Under the pieces are notes generated by a model that worked only from the letters and a program-made list of their open reading frames with translations, was not told the DNA's origin and made no database searches. Shown here one piece after another: positions 38,770 to 46,701 of a stretch of DNA of 64,000 bases. Every line of letters begins with the position of its first letter. Position 1 is the stretch's first letter. Source of the stretch: an uncultured delta proteobacterium (GTDB taxonomy: Bacteria > Myxococcota_A > Polyangia > Polyangiales > JAFGIB01). Both the position numbers and the translations under genes were made by a program. Where the stretch lies: contig CAVZVA010000003.1 of the NCBI GenBank assembly GCA_963778655.1, forward strand, positions 768,001 to 832,000, read 5' to 3'.

Positions 38770-40365
38770 ATGGCGCGCGTCACCATCCTGACGGCAAGCC
38801 TCGCGGCGATCGTGTTCGTCCCGGGACTGGGCTGCAGCACTGACACCAAACCGATCGCGAGCAAGCGCGACGACGCGGGCGCGCAGAACAGCACGGACGC
38901 GGGCGCGCACACGGATGGCGGCGCGAGCGGCTCGGGCGGGAGCAATGCGAGCGGCGGGCCAGCCGGCAAAGGCAGCGGCGGGAGCGGCGGAAGTGGCGGC
39001 GCGAGCGGAAGTGGCGGCGCGAGCGGCAGCGGCGGCGAAGGCGGCACCGGCGGCGAAGGCGGCACCGGCGGCGAAGGCGGCACCGGCGGTCAAGGCGGCA
39101 CCGGCGGCGAAGGCGGCACCGGCGGTCAAGGCGGCACCGGCGGCGAAGGCGGCAGCGGCGGCACCGGCGGTCAAGGCGGAAGCTGCAGTCACGACAGTGA
39201 TTGCGACGACGGCGTGGCCTGCACCGACGACAGCTGCCAGAACGATGCCTGCGAGCACACGCCGCGCAACTCCGCGTGCGACCCGGGCGAATACTGCGAC
39301 GCGACCGCGGGCTGCGCGCAGAAGTCGTGCTCGAACGCCGACGACTGCAGCGACGGGGAAGGATGCACGGTCCTGCAGGGTTGCGACAGCGGCAGCGGCA
39401 AGTGCGTGTGGACGTTGCTCGATCAGGATGGGGACGGCTACGCGCCGACCGATTGCGGCGGCGACGATTGCAACGACAACAACGCGGCCGTGCACCCGGG
39501 CGCGATCGACACCTGCAACGGAGCGGACGACGACTGTGACCAGAGCACCGACGAGAGCGCAACCTGTTCGCTCGGCCGCACCTGCCAAGACGGCTCCTGT
39601 GCGTGCCCGAGCCCGCGCACGTTGTGCAACGGCGTGTGCGCCGACACCGACAACGACGCGCGGCACTGCGGCTCGAGCTGCACCGATTGCGGGCCGGCGG
39701 GTACGTGCACCGGCGGCAGCTGTAGCTGCACCGAGAGCGACACGATCAAGGACTGCAGCGGAACCTGCGCGGACATCACCAGCTCGAGCGCCAACTGCGG
39801 GTCCTGCGGGCACAACTGCAACACCGGCGGCAACTGCAGCAACGGCAGCGGCTTCTGTTCCTGCGTGGACTCGGTGTGCACCGCCTGCGGCGGCGACGGC
39901 CAGCGCTGCTGCACCGGCGCGGGCCTGGGCGGCGGCTGCGGGATCGGCCTGGTGTGCAACGGCGACGCGAGCTCAGCCAGCGCGATGTGCGTCTCCTGCG
40001 GCGGTCCCGACGAGCCGTGCTGCGGGGGCGACACCTGCCGCAACGGCTACCAGTGCCAGGAAGGCAGCTGCAGCTGCGATGCGCCCGGCCACGCGGTCTG
40101 CAGCAACACCTGCTACAACCTGCAAAACGCCGTCGCCAACTGCGGCGAGTGTGGCAACTCGTGCATCACGGGTGGGGGCGGCGGAGGCGGCCCCGGCGAC
40201 GCGGGCACCGGCGCCACGATCGAGACCTGCGTGGCAGGCGAGTGCCAGAGCTGCGGGCAGTCCGGGCAGCGCTGTTGCGCGCTGAGCCTCGGCAGCCCGC
40301 TCCTACCGCACTTCTGCACCTCGAACAGCCTGAGCTGCAATCAGGACAACGACACCTGCCAGTGA
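38770..40365 (+). CDS. Very Cys-rich lipoprotein with Gly-rich linker and a DxDGDG..DCND..HPGA..CNGxDDDC putative metal-binding repeat
   Basis: GGAGGA RBS, lipobox GLGC, GGEGGT repeats, NCGxCG repeats. Confidence 0.85.
   Translation: MARVTILTASLAAIVFVPGLGCSTDTKPIASKRDDAGAQNSTDAGAHTDGGASGSGGSNASGGPAGKGSGGSGGSGGASGSGGASGSGGEGGTGGEGGTGGEGGTGGQGGTGGEGGTGGQGGTGGEGGSGGTGGQGGSCSHDSDCDDGVACTDDSCQNDACEHTPRNSACDPGEYCDATAGCAQKSCSNADDCSDGEGCTVLQGCDSGSGKCVWTLLDQDGDGYAPTDCGGDDCNDNNAAVHPGAIDTCNGADDDCDQSTDESATCSLGRTCQDGSCACPSPRTLCNGVCADTDNDARHCGSSCTDCGPAGTCTGGSCSCTESDTIKDCSGTCADITSSSANCGSCGHNCNTGGNCSNGSGFCSCVDSVCTACGGDGQRCCTGAGLGGGCGIGLVCNGDASSASAMCVSCGGPDEPCCGGDTCRNGYQCQEGSCSCDAPGHAVCSNTCYNLQNAVANCGECGNSCITGGGGGGGPGDAGTGATIETCVAGECQSCGQSGQRCCALSLGSPLLPHFCTSNSLSCNQDNDTCQ
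39031..39180 (+). repeat. 18-bp coding tandem repeat encoding GG(E/Q)GG(T/S), about 8 copies
   Basis: Units ggcggcgaaggcggcacc and ggcggtcaaggcggcacc. Confidence 0.85.
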
Positions 40366-40478
40366 GCGCGGCGGACCTGCTGCATGGCTGGGGCGTGAAC
40401 CGATAGTCGTTCGCGCCGCCGTCGTTCGGGCGCTGGCTAGGGCTACGGCGCACGAGGATGGCGGACAGGCCCTTTGTC

Positions 40479-41297
40479 CTATTGCTCGGGCAACGCCTGC
40501 TCCGGGTCGTCGAGGACGGCGCGGAAGCGTCGGGCCAGCTCGCCGGCCTGGAAGCCGTCGAGCAGGCGGTGGTCGAGCGTGACCCCGATTGGCAGCACGG
40601 GGCGAACTTGGACCTGACCGTCGACCACCAGCGGGGCGCGCTCCAGCGCGCCGACAGTGAGCACGATCGGCGCGCGCGAGAACGGCACCAGCGGCGCGAA
40701 GCCGCGCGGCAGGCCGAACACGCCTACGTTGGTCACCATCGCGCTGCCGAACGCGTCGAAGGGGATGCCGAGCGCGGAGAGGTCGAGCCCGAGGTCATAG
40801 CTCAGGTACTCGGCCGCGTGCAGCGCGAGCCCGCGCGCCGGGGCCGGCAGGCGTGATAGCAGCTCGGTGTTGCGCCTGAGCGCGTGGTCGCCGTGGGCGC
40901 GGATGCGCTCGGCGCGCTCGTGCAGCTCGCGCGCGATCTGCAGCACGCTCTTGTGGTCGGCCGCCACCACCTTGGCGCCCGACAAGTCCTCACCCTTGTC
41001 GAGCGCGACCTGGAAGAACACGTCCACGCTGTCACGTTGATAGATCTGGCGCCCGCGGCGAATCACCGCGTTGACCTCCGGACGCGACGCGATCGCATCG
41101 GCCACGGCCTTGCCGACCAGGTGGGTCAGCGTGACCTTGACGTCGGCGCGCGCGTTGAGCCGCTCGAGGTAGGCCAGCGCGCGGGTCGCGTCGACGTCGA
41201 GCATGCCGTACGCGCTGGGATCGCGCGGCCCGCGCCAGGCGTGCAGCGAAATGCGCCGCCAGGAGGACGTCTTGCGCAAGCGCTGGAAGTGGCTCAC
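40479..41297 (-). CDS. 2-oxoacid dehydrogenase E2-like acyltransferase, catalytic domain only
   Basis: MVTNVG, TLDHRLLDG; no lipoyl domain; GGAGG before the GTG. Confidence 0.88.
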   Translation of the reverse strand: MSHFQRLRKTSSWRRISLHAWRGPRDPSAYGMLDVDATRALAYLERLNARADVKVTLTHLVGKAVADAIASRPEVNAVIRRGRQIYQRDSVDVFFQVALDKGEDLSGAKVVAADHKSVLQIARELHERAERIRAHGDHALRRNTELLSRLPAPARGLALHAAEYLSYDLGLDLSALGIPFDAFGSAMVTNVGVFGLPRGFAPLVPFSRAPIVLTVGALERAPLVVDGQVQVRPVLPIGVTLDHRLLDGFQAGELARRFRAVLDDPEQALPEQ

Positions 41298-41322
41298 CCG
41301 CCCTCCGCCGTGCCCGCGCGCG

Positions 41323-43860
41323 CTACTTGAGCTGCGCGAGCGCGGTCTTGGCCGCGCCGTTGTTGGGGTCGAGCTGCAGCGCGTGCTGATAGGCGGCGCG
41401 CGCACGGTCGCGATCGCCCTTGGTCAGGTAGGCACGGCCGAGCGCGGCGTGGAAACCCGAGGAGCTGGGCTGCAGCCGGACGGCGCGCGAGTAGGCGGCG
41501 ATCGCGGCATTGGCGTTGCCCGCCGCCAGGCGCGACGCGGCGAGCCCCGCAAATGCGCCGGCATCGGATGGGTTCTGCTGGGTCGCCTTCTCGTACGCGG
41601 CCGCGGCCTCGTCGTAGCGCCCGGCGCGGTAAGAAGCGCGCGCTTGCTCCTTGTACTCCTCGGCCTTGGCCAAGCGTTCGGCGCGCGAGCCTCGCGCTGG
41701 CGCGACGCGGGCCTCGCCGCTCTGGGCTTGCGCGCGCCCGGCGGTGTTGGCCGCGGTCAGCTCCGCGCTGCGCTCGGTGCCCAGCGTGTCTTCAGCGGCG
41801 GGCTGCGCGGCGGCGGCCGGGTCGGCCGACGCGGCGGCCGGAGGCTCTGGGTTTGCCTCCGGATCGGAGGGCGCGGCGGCGCTTGGCTCGCCTGCGGCCT
41901 GGGCGCTGCCGGCAGCCGGCTCGGCCCCGGCCGGCTCGCCGGCTTGGGCGGCAGCAGCGGGAGCCGCTTGCGGTGCGCTCGGGGCGGCGGCTGCGGCCGT
42001 CGGTGTCGCCGAGCCCGAAGCAGGCGCGGTGGCCGAGCCCGCGTGCTCGTCGGTCCAGCCCTGAGGCGCCGGCTTGGCCGGCGACGGATGGGTCCACGCG
42101 CGCACCATCACGACCACCGCGAGCAGGGCGGCCGCGCCGCCGCCGATCCACAACGGCAAGCGTCCGGCGCCCGGCCTGGGACGCTGGGCGAGCACGGTCC
42201 CTTCGGGGTCGGCCTCGACCGGCGGCTCGGCCGGGGGGGCGGCACCCTCGAGCACGGTCGCTGGACCCTCGTCGTTGAGCGGACGGAAGATCTGCGTGGG
42301 CAGCGCTTCCTGCAGCGTGCTCGGAACGGCCTCCGGAGGCACCTCGTCCTCGAACAGCGACTCGACGTCGAACTGCACCGAGCGGCGGCCGCCCCCTGCG
42401 GCCGCTGCGGCCGCCTCGGGTTCCGGCGCCGGGACCGGCTCGGCCGCGGGGGATGCGGCGACCGGCCCGGTACCTTCGATGATGCGCGCGGGGCCGGCCG
42501 GGTCGGACTCGGGATCGGCGGCCACCGCATCCTGCACGCTGGCTAGCTGCGATCGGTCGAGCGCCTCGGCCGGCGCGTCTTGCACGCCGGTTGGCTGCGA
42601 TGGCGCGGGCGACTCCGCGACCGCGGGCTCGGGCTGGCTCGCGGGCTCGAGCGGCGGCGCGGGCTCGAGCGGCGGCGCGGGCTCGGCCGCGGCCTGCGAC
42701 TGCGGCGCGGGCTCCGGCGCGGGCTCGGCGGCGGGCGCGCCGTCTTCGGGGACGGCGAGCTCCTCGAGGTCGTCGTCGCCCAGCAACAGGGTCTTGGGGG
42801 CGGGGTCGAGCGGGATGCCGAGCTCCTCGAGATCCAGCTCCTCGGTCGGCAGCTCGACAGCCCCCGACGTGCGGCCCGCGGCCGCGGCGCCGCCGGCATG
42901 GCGGGGCGGTTGGCTAACCGCCGGCGCGCGCGTGCCCAGCGCCGGCAGCGGCGTGCCGGGCGGCAGCAATGGCTCGAGCGTGCGCCGCACCTGCTGGGCG
43001 GAAAACGGCCGCTGGCGCGGTTCCTTGGCCAGCAACCCGAGCAGCAGGGTGCGGGCCTGATGGGGCAGCTCCAGCGTGAGCTCCGGCGGCGCAAGGTTCT
43101 TGTGCGCCTCGAGCACGGCGGCCACGTCGTCGTCCGCAAACGGGGGCTTGCCCGAAAGCATCTCGAACAGCACGCAGCCGAGCGCGTACAGATCGCTGCG
43201 GAAACTGACCAGCTTGCCCGCGACCTGCTCGGGCGAGATGTACGCGGGCGTGCCGATCAGATCGAAGACCGAGCCGGTGGGCAGGCGCGCTGCCACGCCG
43301 GCGTCGATCAGCTTGGCGACGGGCACCGGGGCGTCCGCGCTCGGCTCGAGCAGGATGTGGCCGGGCTTGACGTCGCGGTGCAGCAGGCCGTTGCGCTGCA
43401 GCTCGTCGAGCGCGCTGGCGACCTGCGCGGTGATGCCGAGCGCCTCGGAAGGCTCGAGCTTGCCCAGCCTGCGGATGCGTTGAGCCAGCGATTCCCCCGG
43501 GATCAGCTCGCGGAACATCCACAGCGCGTGCGTCAGCTCGCCCCCGTCGATGATGCGCGGCAGCCCGGCGTGAACCAGCCGGGTCTGCTTGCGCAGCTCG
43601 CGCTTGAGTCGAACCCGCTCCGAAGCCTCGAAGCCCGCCAGCGGGATCACCTTGAGCAGGCCGCGGTAGCCGCTCTGCGGCTGAGTCGCGAGGTAGCAGG
43701 TGCCGGTCTTGCCCTGGGCAAACGGCTCGAAGTCCGCCAGCTTGTCGCGCAGCGCGGCCGGCACATCGGGCACCTGGACCGTGCGCGTGGGCGCACCGTC
43801 GCTCGCGCATACTGACTGCGAGTCCGCCAGCAACAGGTGACAGTAAGAACAGACGCGCAT
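41323..43860 (-). CDS. Membrane Ser/Thr kinase-like protein with C-terminal TPRs
   Basis: N-terminal CxxC..C; HRDVKPGH, DAG, GTPAYISPE, SDLYALG; TM; about three TPRs. Confidence 0.88.
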   Translation of the reverse strand: MRVCSYCHLLLADSQSVCASDGAPTRTVQVPDVPAALRDKLADFEPFAQGKTGTCYLATQPQSGYRGLLKVIPLAGFEASERVRLKRELRKQTRLVHAGLPRIIDGGELTHALWMFRELIPGESLAQRIRRLGKLEPSEALGITAQVASALDELQRNGLLHRDVKPGHILLEPSADAPVPVAKLIDAGVAARLPTGSVFDLIGTPAYISPEQVAGKLVSFRSDLYALGCVLFEMLSGKPPFADDDVAAVLEAHKNLAPPELTLELPHQARTLLLGLLAKEPRQRPFSAQQVRRTLEPLLPPGTPLPALGTRAPAVSQPPRHAGGAAAAGRTSGAVELPTEELDLEELGIPLDPAPKTLLLGDDDLEELAVPEDGAPAAEPAPEPAPQSQAAAEPAPPLEPAPPLEPASQPEPAVAESPAPSQPTGVQDAPAEALDRSQLASVQDAVAADPESDPAGPARIIEGTGPVAASPAAEPVPAPEPEAAAAAAGGGRRSVQFDVESLFEDEVPPEAVPSTLQEALPTQIFRPLNDEGPATVLEGAAPPAEPPVEADPEGTVLAQRPRPGAGRLPLWIGGGAAALLAVVVMVRAWTHPSPAKPAPQGWTDEHAGSATAPASGSATPTAAAAAPSAPQAAPAAAAQAGEPAGAEPAAGSAQAAGEPSAAAPSDPEANPEPPAAASADPAAAAQPAAEDTLGTERSAELTAANTAGRAQAQSGEARVAPARGSRAERLAKAEEYKEQARASYRAGRYDEAAAAYEKATQQNPSDAGAFAGLAASRLAAGNANAAIAAYSRAVRLQPSSSGFHAALGRAYLTKGDRDRARAAYQHALQLDPNNGAAKTALAQLK

Positions 43861-44040
43861 GGCCCCGGAAGGCGTTGGGCTCCTCGGCTTCGGCTCGGGT
43901 GGCCGCGATCGCGGCGAGGGCCATGGAGTTTATGCCGCCATCACCCAATGTTCAACGCGCGGCGCCGGAACCCCGGTTTGCGCCGCAGATCGGCCGCCGT
44001 CGCCCCGAGCAGACCGGCGGCGCGGCGCGGGCGGGCCGGC

Positions 44041-45159
44041 TCAGGCGGCGTTGCGCGCCAGCAACAGCTTGCGCACGAGCTCGAGCTCGGTGACCTCGTA
44101 CAGCACGGGCGGCACGGTCGCGCGCGGCGGCGAGAGCAGACCGAGCGCGCCGCTGTCCTCGAGCGCGCGCGCATCGGGCGCGTCGAGGATCAGGTGCAGG
44201 TTGCGCGAGCCCGCGGTGCTCGGCAGATCGGCCACGTCCACGATGCGCTTGCGGTCAATCGACAGCTCGGTACGCCCGCGTCGAATCAGCAAGCGCGCAT
44301 CGGTCAGCACATACTCGGTGCTGGAGCCGTCCGCACGCGCGCCCCACACGCCGTGCCACAGCAGCGCCGCGCCCGAGGCGACGATGATCGAGCCGGCGAT
44401 CAAGATGGCCGAGAACAGCATCAGCCAGGTCAGCGAGATGACGGGCAGGCCGGCGTGCTCCAGGCCGACCAGAATGCCGAGCGCGCGGTAGCCGTAGAAC
44501 GTGCCCACCCCCAGCACGAGCAGACCGGTGACCGCGGTCAGGGCTTCCGCGGGGCCCAGCCGCCAGCCTGCGGGACCGCCGCCCCACAGCACCACCTCAC
44601 CGCGGTCCAGGCGGTCGGTGAGCTGTACGTCGGCGTAGCCGGCGAACTCGGCCGGCTCGGCGCCGCGGATCAAGGCGAACAGGATGTCGGGCGCGACCAC
44701 GTCGTGCAGCAGCAGGCGCTGCTTGCGCGCGAGCGGGCCGAACGGCACTGCGCGCACCAGCTCGAGGTGACCCACGCCGGGCACGCTGCGGTGCCAGTGG
44801 ATGCGCGCGTAGGTGATGGCGGCGCGGTCGATGGTGCGGCGCAGCTGGCCGCGCTTCCAGATCACCTGGCGGTCGGTGACCATGTACTCGCACGGGTCGA
44901 GCGCGTAGCGGGGCATCAAGCGCACCGCCACCGCGGTCATCAGAAAGTAGAAGGCGGTGCACGAGGTTGCGCGCACCGCGGCGATGCCCGATTCCACCAG
45001 CAGCCCCGCGAACAGCGCGGTGATCACGGACAGCGCGAGCAGCAAGCCGGGCACGATCGTCCAGCGCAGATCACGCGGCACACCGGGCTTGGGCCCACCC
45101 CGCCAGAGCACCTGCTCGGTGGGCAAGAGGCGCCAGGAACGGTCCACTGCTGCGCTCAT
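44041..45159 (-). CDS. Membrane protein with two tandem (2TM + bacterial PH-like) modules
   Basis: EQVLWRGGP..EYMVTDRQVI and EVVLWGGGP..EYVLTDARLL. Confidence 0.75.
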   Translation of the reverse strand: MSAAVDRSWRLLPTEQVLWRGGPKPGVPRDLRWTIVPGLLLALSVITALFAGLLVESGIAAVRATSCTAFYFLMTAVAVRLMPRYALDPCEYMVTDRQVIWKRGQLRRTIDRAAITYARIHWHRSVPGVGHLELVRAVPFGPLARKQRLLLHDVVAPDILFALIRGAEPAEFAGYADVQLTDRLDRGEVVLWGGGPAGWRLGPAEALTAVTGLLVLGVGTFYGYRALGILVGLEHAGLPVISLTWLMLFSAILIAGSIIVASGAALLWHGVWGARADGSSTEYVLTDARLLIRRGRTELSIDRKRIVDVADLPSTAGSRNLHLILDAPDARALEDSGALGLLSPPRATVPPVLYEVTELELVRKLLLARNAA

Positions 45160-45256
45160 GACCGGCTTCGCTTACTGTAAGGGTTACAATCGCAATTCAA
45201 GTCTACGCCCTGCCGGCCCACCTGCAATGCATGAGTAGCCACGCACTCGCCCCCAC

Positions 45257-46102
45257 ATGACGATTGCAAACCCGATTTCGCAGGAGCTGGCGCGCGCCGC
45301 GGACGCGGTACGGGCGCGCGACGGCGTGGCGCCGGCGGTGGGCCTGGTGCTGGGCTCGGGACTGGGCGCGTTTGCGGACACGCTCGCGAACAGGTGCGCG
45401 ATTCCGTACGGCGAGATTCCGGGAATGGCGGCGTCCACCGTGCAGGGCCATGCGGGCCGGCTGGTGCTGGGCCACCACCTGGGGCTGGGCGTGGCGGCCA
45501 TGCAAGGACGCGTGCACCTGTACGAGGGGCACACGCCGGCGCGGGTCGTGCTCGGGGTGCGCTTGATGATCGCCTTGGGCGCGCGCACGGTAGTGCTGAC
45601 CAACGCGGCCGGCGGCATCCGACCCGACCTGGTTCCGGGCACGCTGATGTTGATCGAAGATCACCTCAACCTGACCGGCCAGAGCTGCCTGCTCGGGCCC
45701 AACGATGACGCGCTCGGGCCGCGCTTTCCGCAGCTGAGCGACGCCTACGATCCGGTGCTGCGGGCGCTGGCCGCGGCCGTGGCCGGGCGCGAGGGCTTCG
45801 AGCTGCGCTCGGGCGTGTACGCAGGGCTGCTGGGGCCGAGCTACGAGACGCCGGCCGAGATCCGCATGCTGCGAGCCCTGGGCGCCGACGCGGTGGGCAT
45901 GAGCACCGTGCTCGAAACCATCGCCGCGCGCCACATGGGCGCACGTTGCCTGGCTGTTTCGTGCATTACCAATCGCGCGGCGGGGCTCGATGCCAAGGCC
46001 CCGAGCCATGCCGAGGTGCAGGCCAGCGCGCAAGCCGCGCGCAGTCGCTTCGAGGCCCTGCTCGGCGGCGTGCTGGCCCAGCTCGCGCAGGGGCGGGCAT
46101 GA
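45257..46102 (+). CDS. punA: Purine nucleoside phosphorylase
   Basis: VLGSGLG, GHAG, GRVHLYEG, TNAAGG, GPSYETPAE, VGMSTV. Confidence 0.95.
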   Translation: MTIANPISQELARAADAVRARDGVAPAVGLVLGSGLGAFADTLANRCAIPYGEIPGMAASTVQGHAGRLVLGHHLGLGVAAMQGRVHLYEGHTPARVVLGVRLMIALGARTVVLTNAAGGIRPDLVPGTLMLIEDHLNLTGQSCLLGPNDDALGPRFPQLSDAYDPVLRALAAAVAGREGFELRSGVYAGLLGPSYETPAEIRMLRALGADAVGMSTVLETIAARHMGARCLAVSCITNRAAGLDAKAPSHAEVQASAQAARSRFEALLGGVLAQLAQGRA

Positions 46103-46506
46103 GCGTGGGCGCGATCGATTGGGCCGCGCTCAGGGCGCGGGCGGAGGCGGGGCTGGCGCACGCGTACGCGCCTTACTCCGGCTTTCGAGTGTCGGCTGCG
46201 CTGCTGACCGAGGACGGGCGCAGCTTTCCCGGCGTCAACGTAGAGAACGCCAGCTACGGGCTGACGGTGTGCGCGGAGCGCAACGCGCTGGCGGCCGCGG
46301 TCGCGCACGGCGTGCGCCGTGTGCGCGCGCTGGTGGTGGTGTGCTCGGGGGCAGCGCCGCCCTCGCCCTGTGGCGCGTGCCGCCAGGTGCTGTGCGAGTT
46401 TCCGCCTGCGTTCGAGCTGCGCTGCTACGGAGCCGGCGGCGCCGAGCTGTACCTGCGCAGCGACCAGCTGTTGCCCCACGCTTTCGGCACGGGCAACCTC
46501 GGCTGA
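46099..46506 (+). CDS. cdd: Cytidine deaminase (homotetrameric type)
   Basis: AYAPYS, NVENASY, CAERNA, PCGACRQ. Confidence 0.95.
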   Translation: MSVGAIDWAALRARAEAGLAHAYAPYSGFRVSAALLTEDGRSFPGVNVENASYGLTVCAERNALAAAVAHGVRRVRALVVVCSGAAPPSPCGACRQVLCEFPPAFELRCYGAGGAELYLRSDQLLPHAFGTGNLG

Positions 46507-46547
46507 GCTCGGCGCACGCGCACGCGCAGGGTTCCGTTTGTCGGACC

Positions 46548-46671
46548 ACAGGAAGACAGGAAGACGGGAAGGATCCGGTTTCGAGCAGATGACGCAGGCA
46601 GAGCCTGAGCCTGCATCGGGAAGTCCGGGGCTCGCGCTTCTCGCTCTCTTCCCGCCTTCCTGTCTTCCTGT
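46548..46671. repeat. 124-bp palindromic element with 24-bp terminal inverted repeats
   Basis: ACAGGAAGACAGGAAGACGGGAAG ... CTTCCCGCCTTCCTGTCTTCCTGT (23/24 match), between convergent genes. Confidence 0.8.
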
Positions 46672-46701
46672 TTCATGTCGGGCGGCGCGGGCGGCGGGCG
46701 C

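Noticed and set aside
38990..39180. Regular tandem repeats resembling an array
   Set aside because: In-frame Gly-rich coding linker with no unique spacers and no cas genes; not CRISPR.
34013..46506. 5'-nucleotidase, punA and cdd as one salvage cluster
   Set aside because: The nucleotidase is ~10 kb away with unrelated genes between; punA-cdd linkage alone is common.
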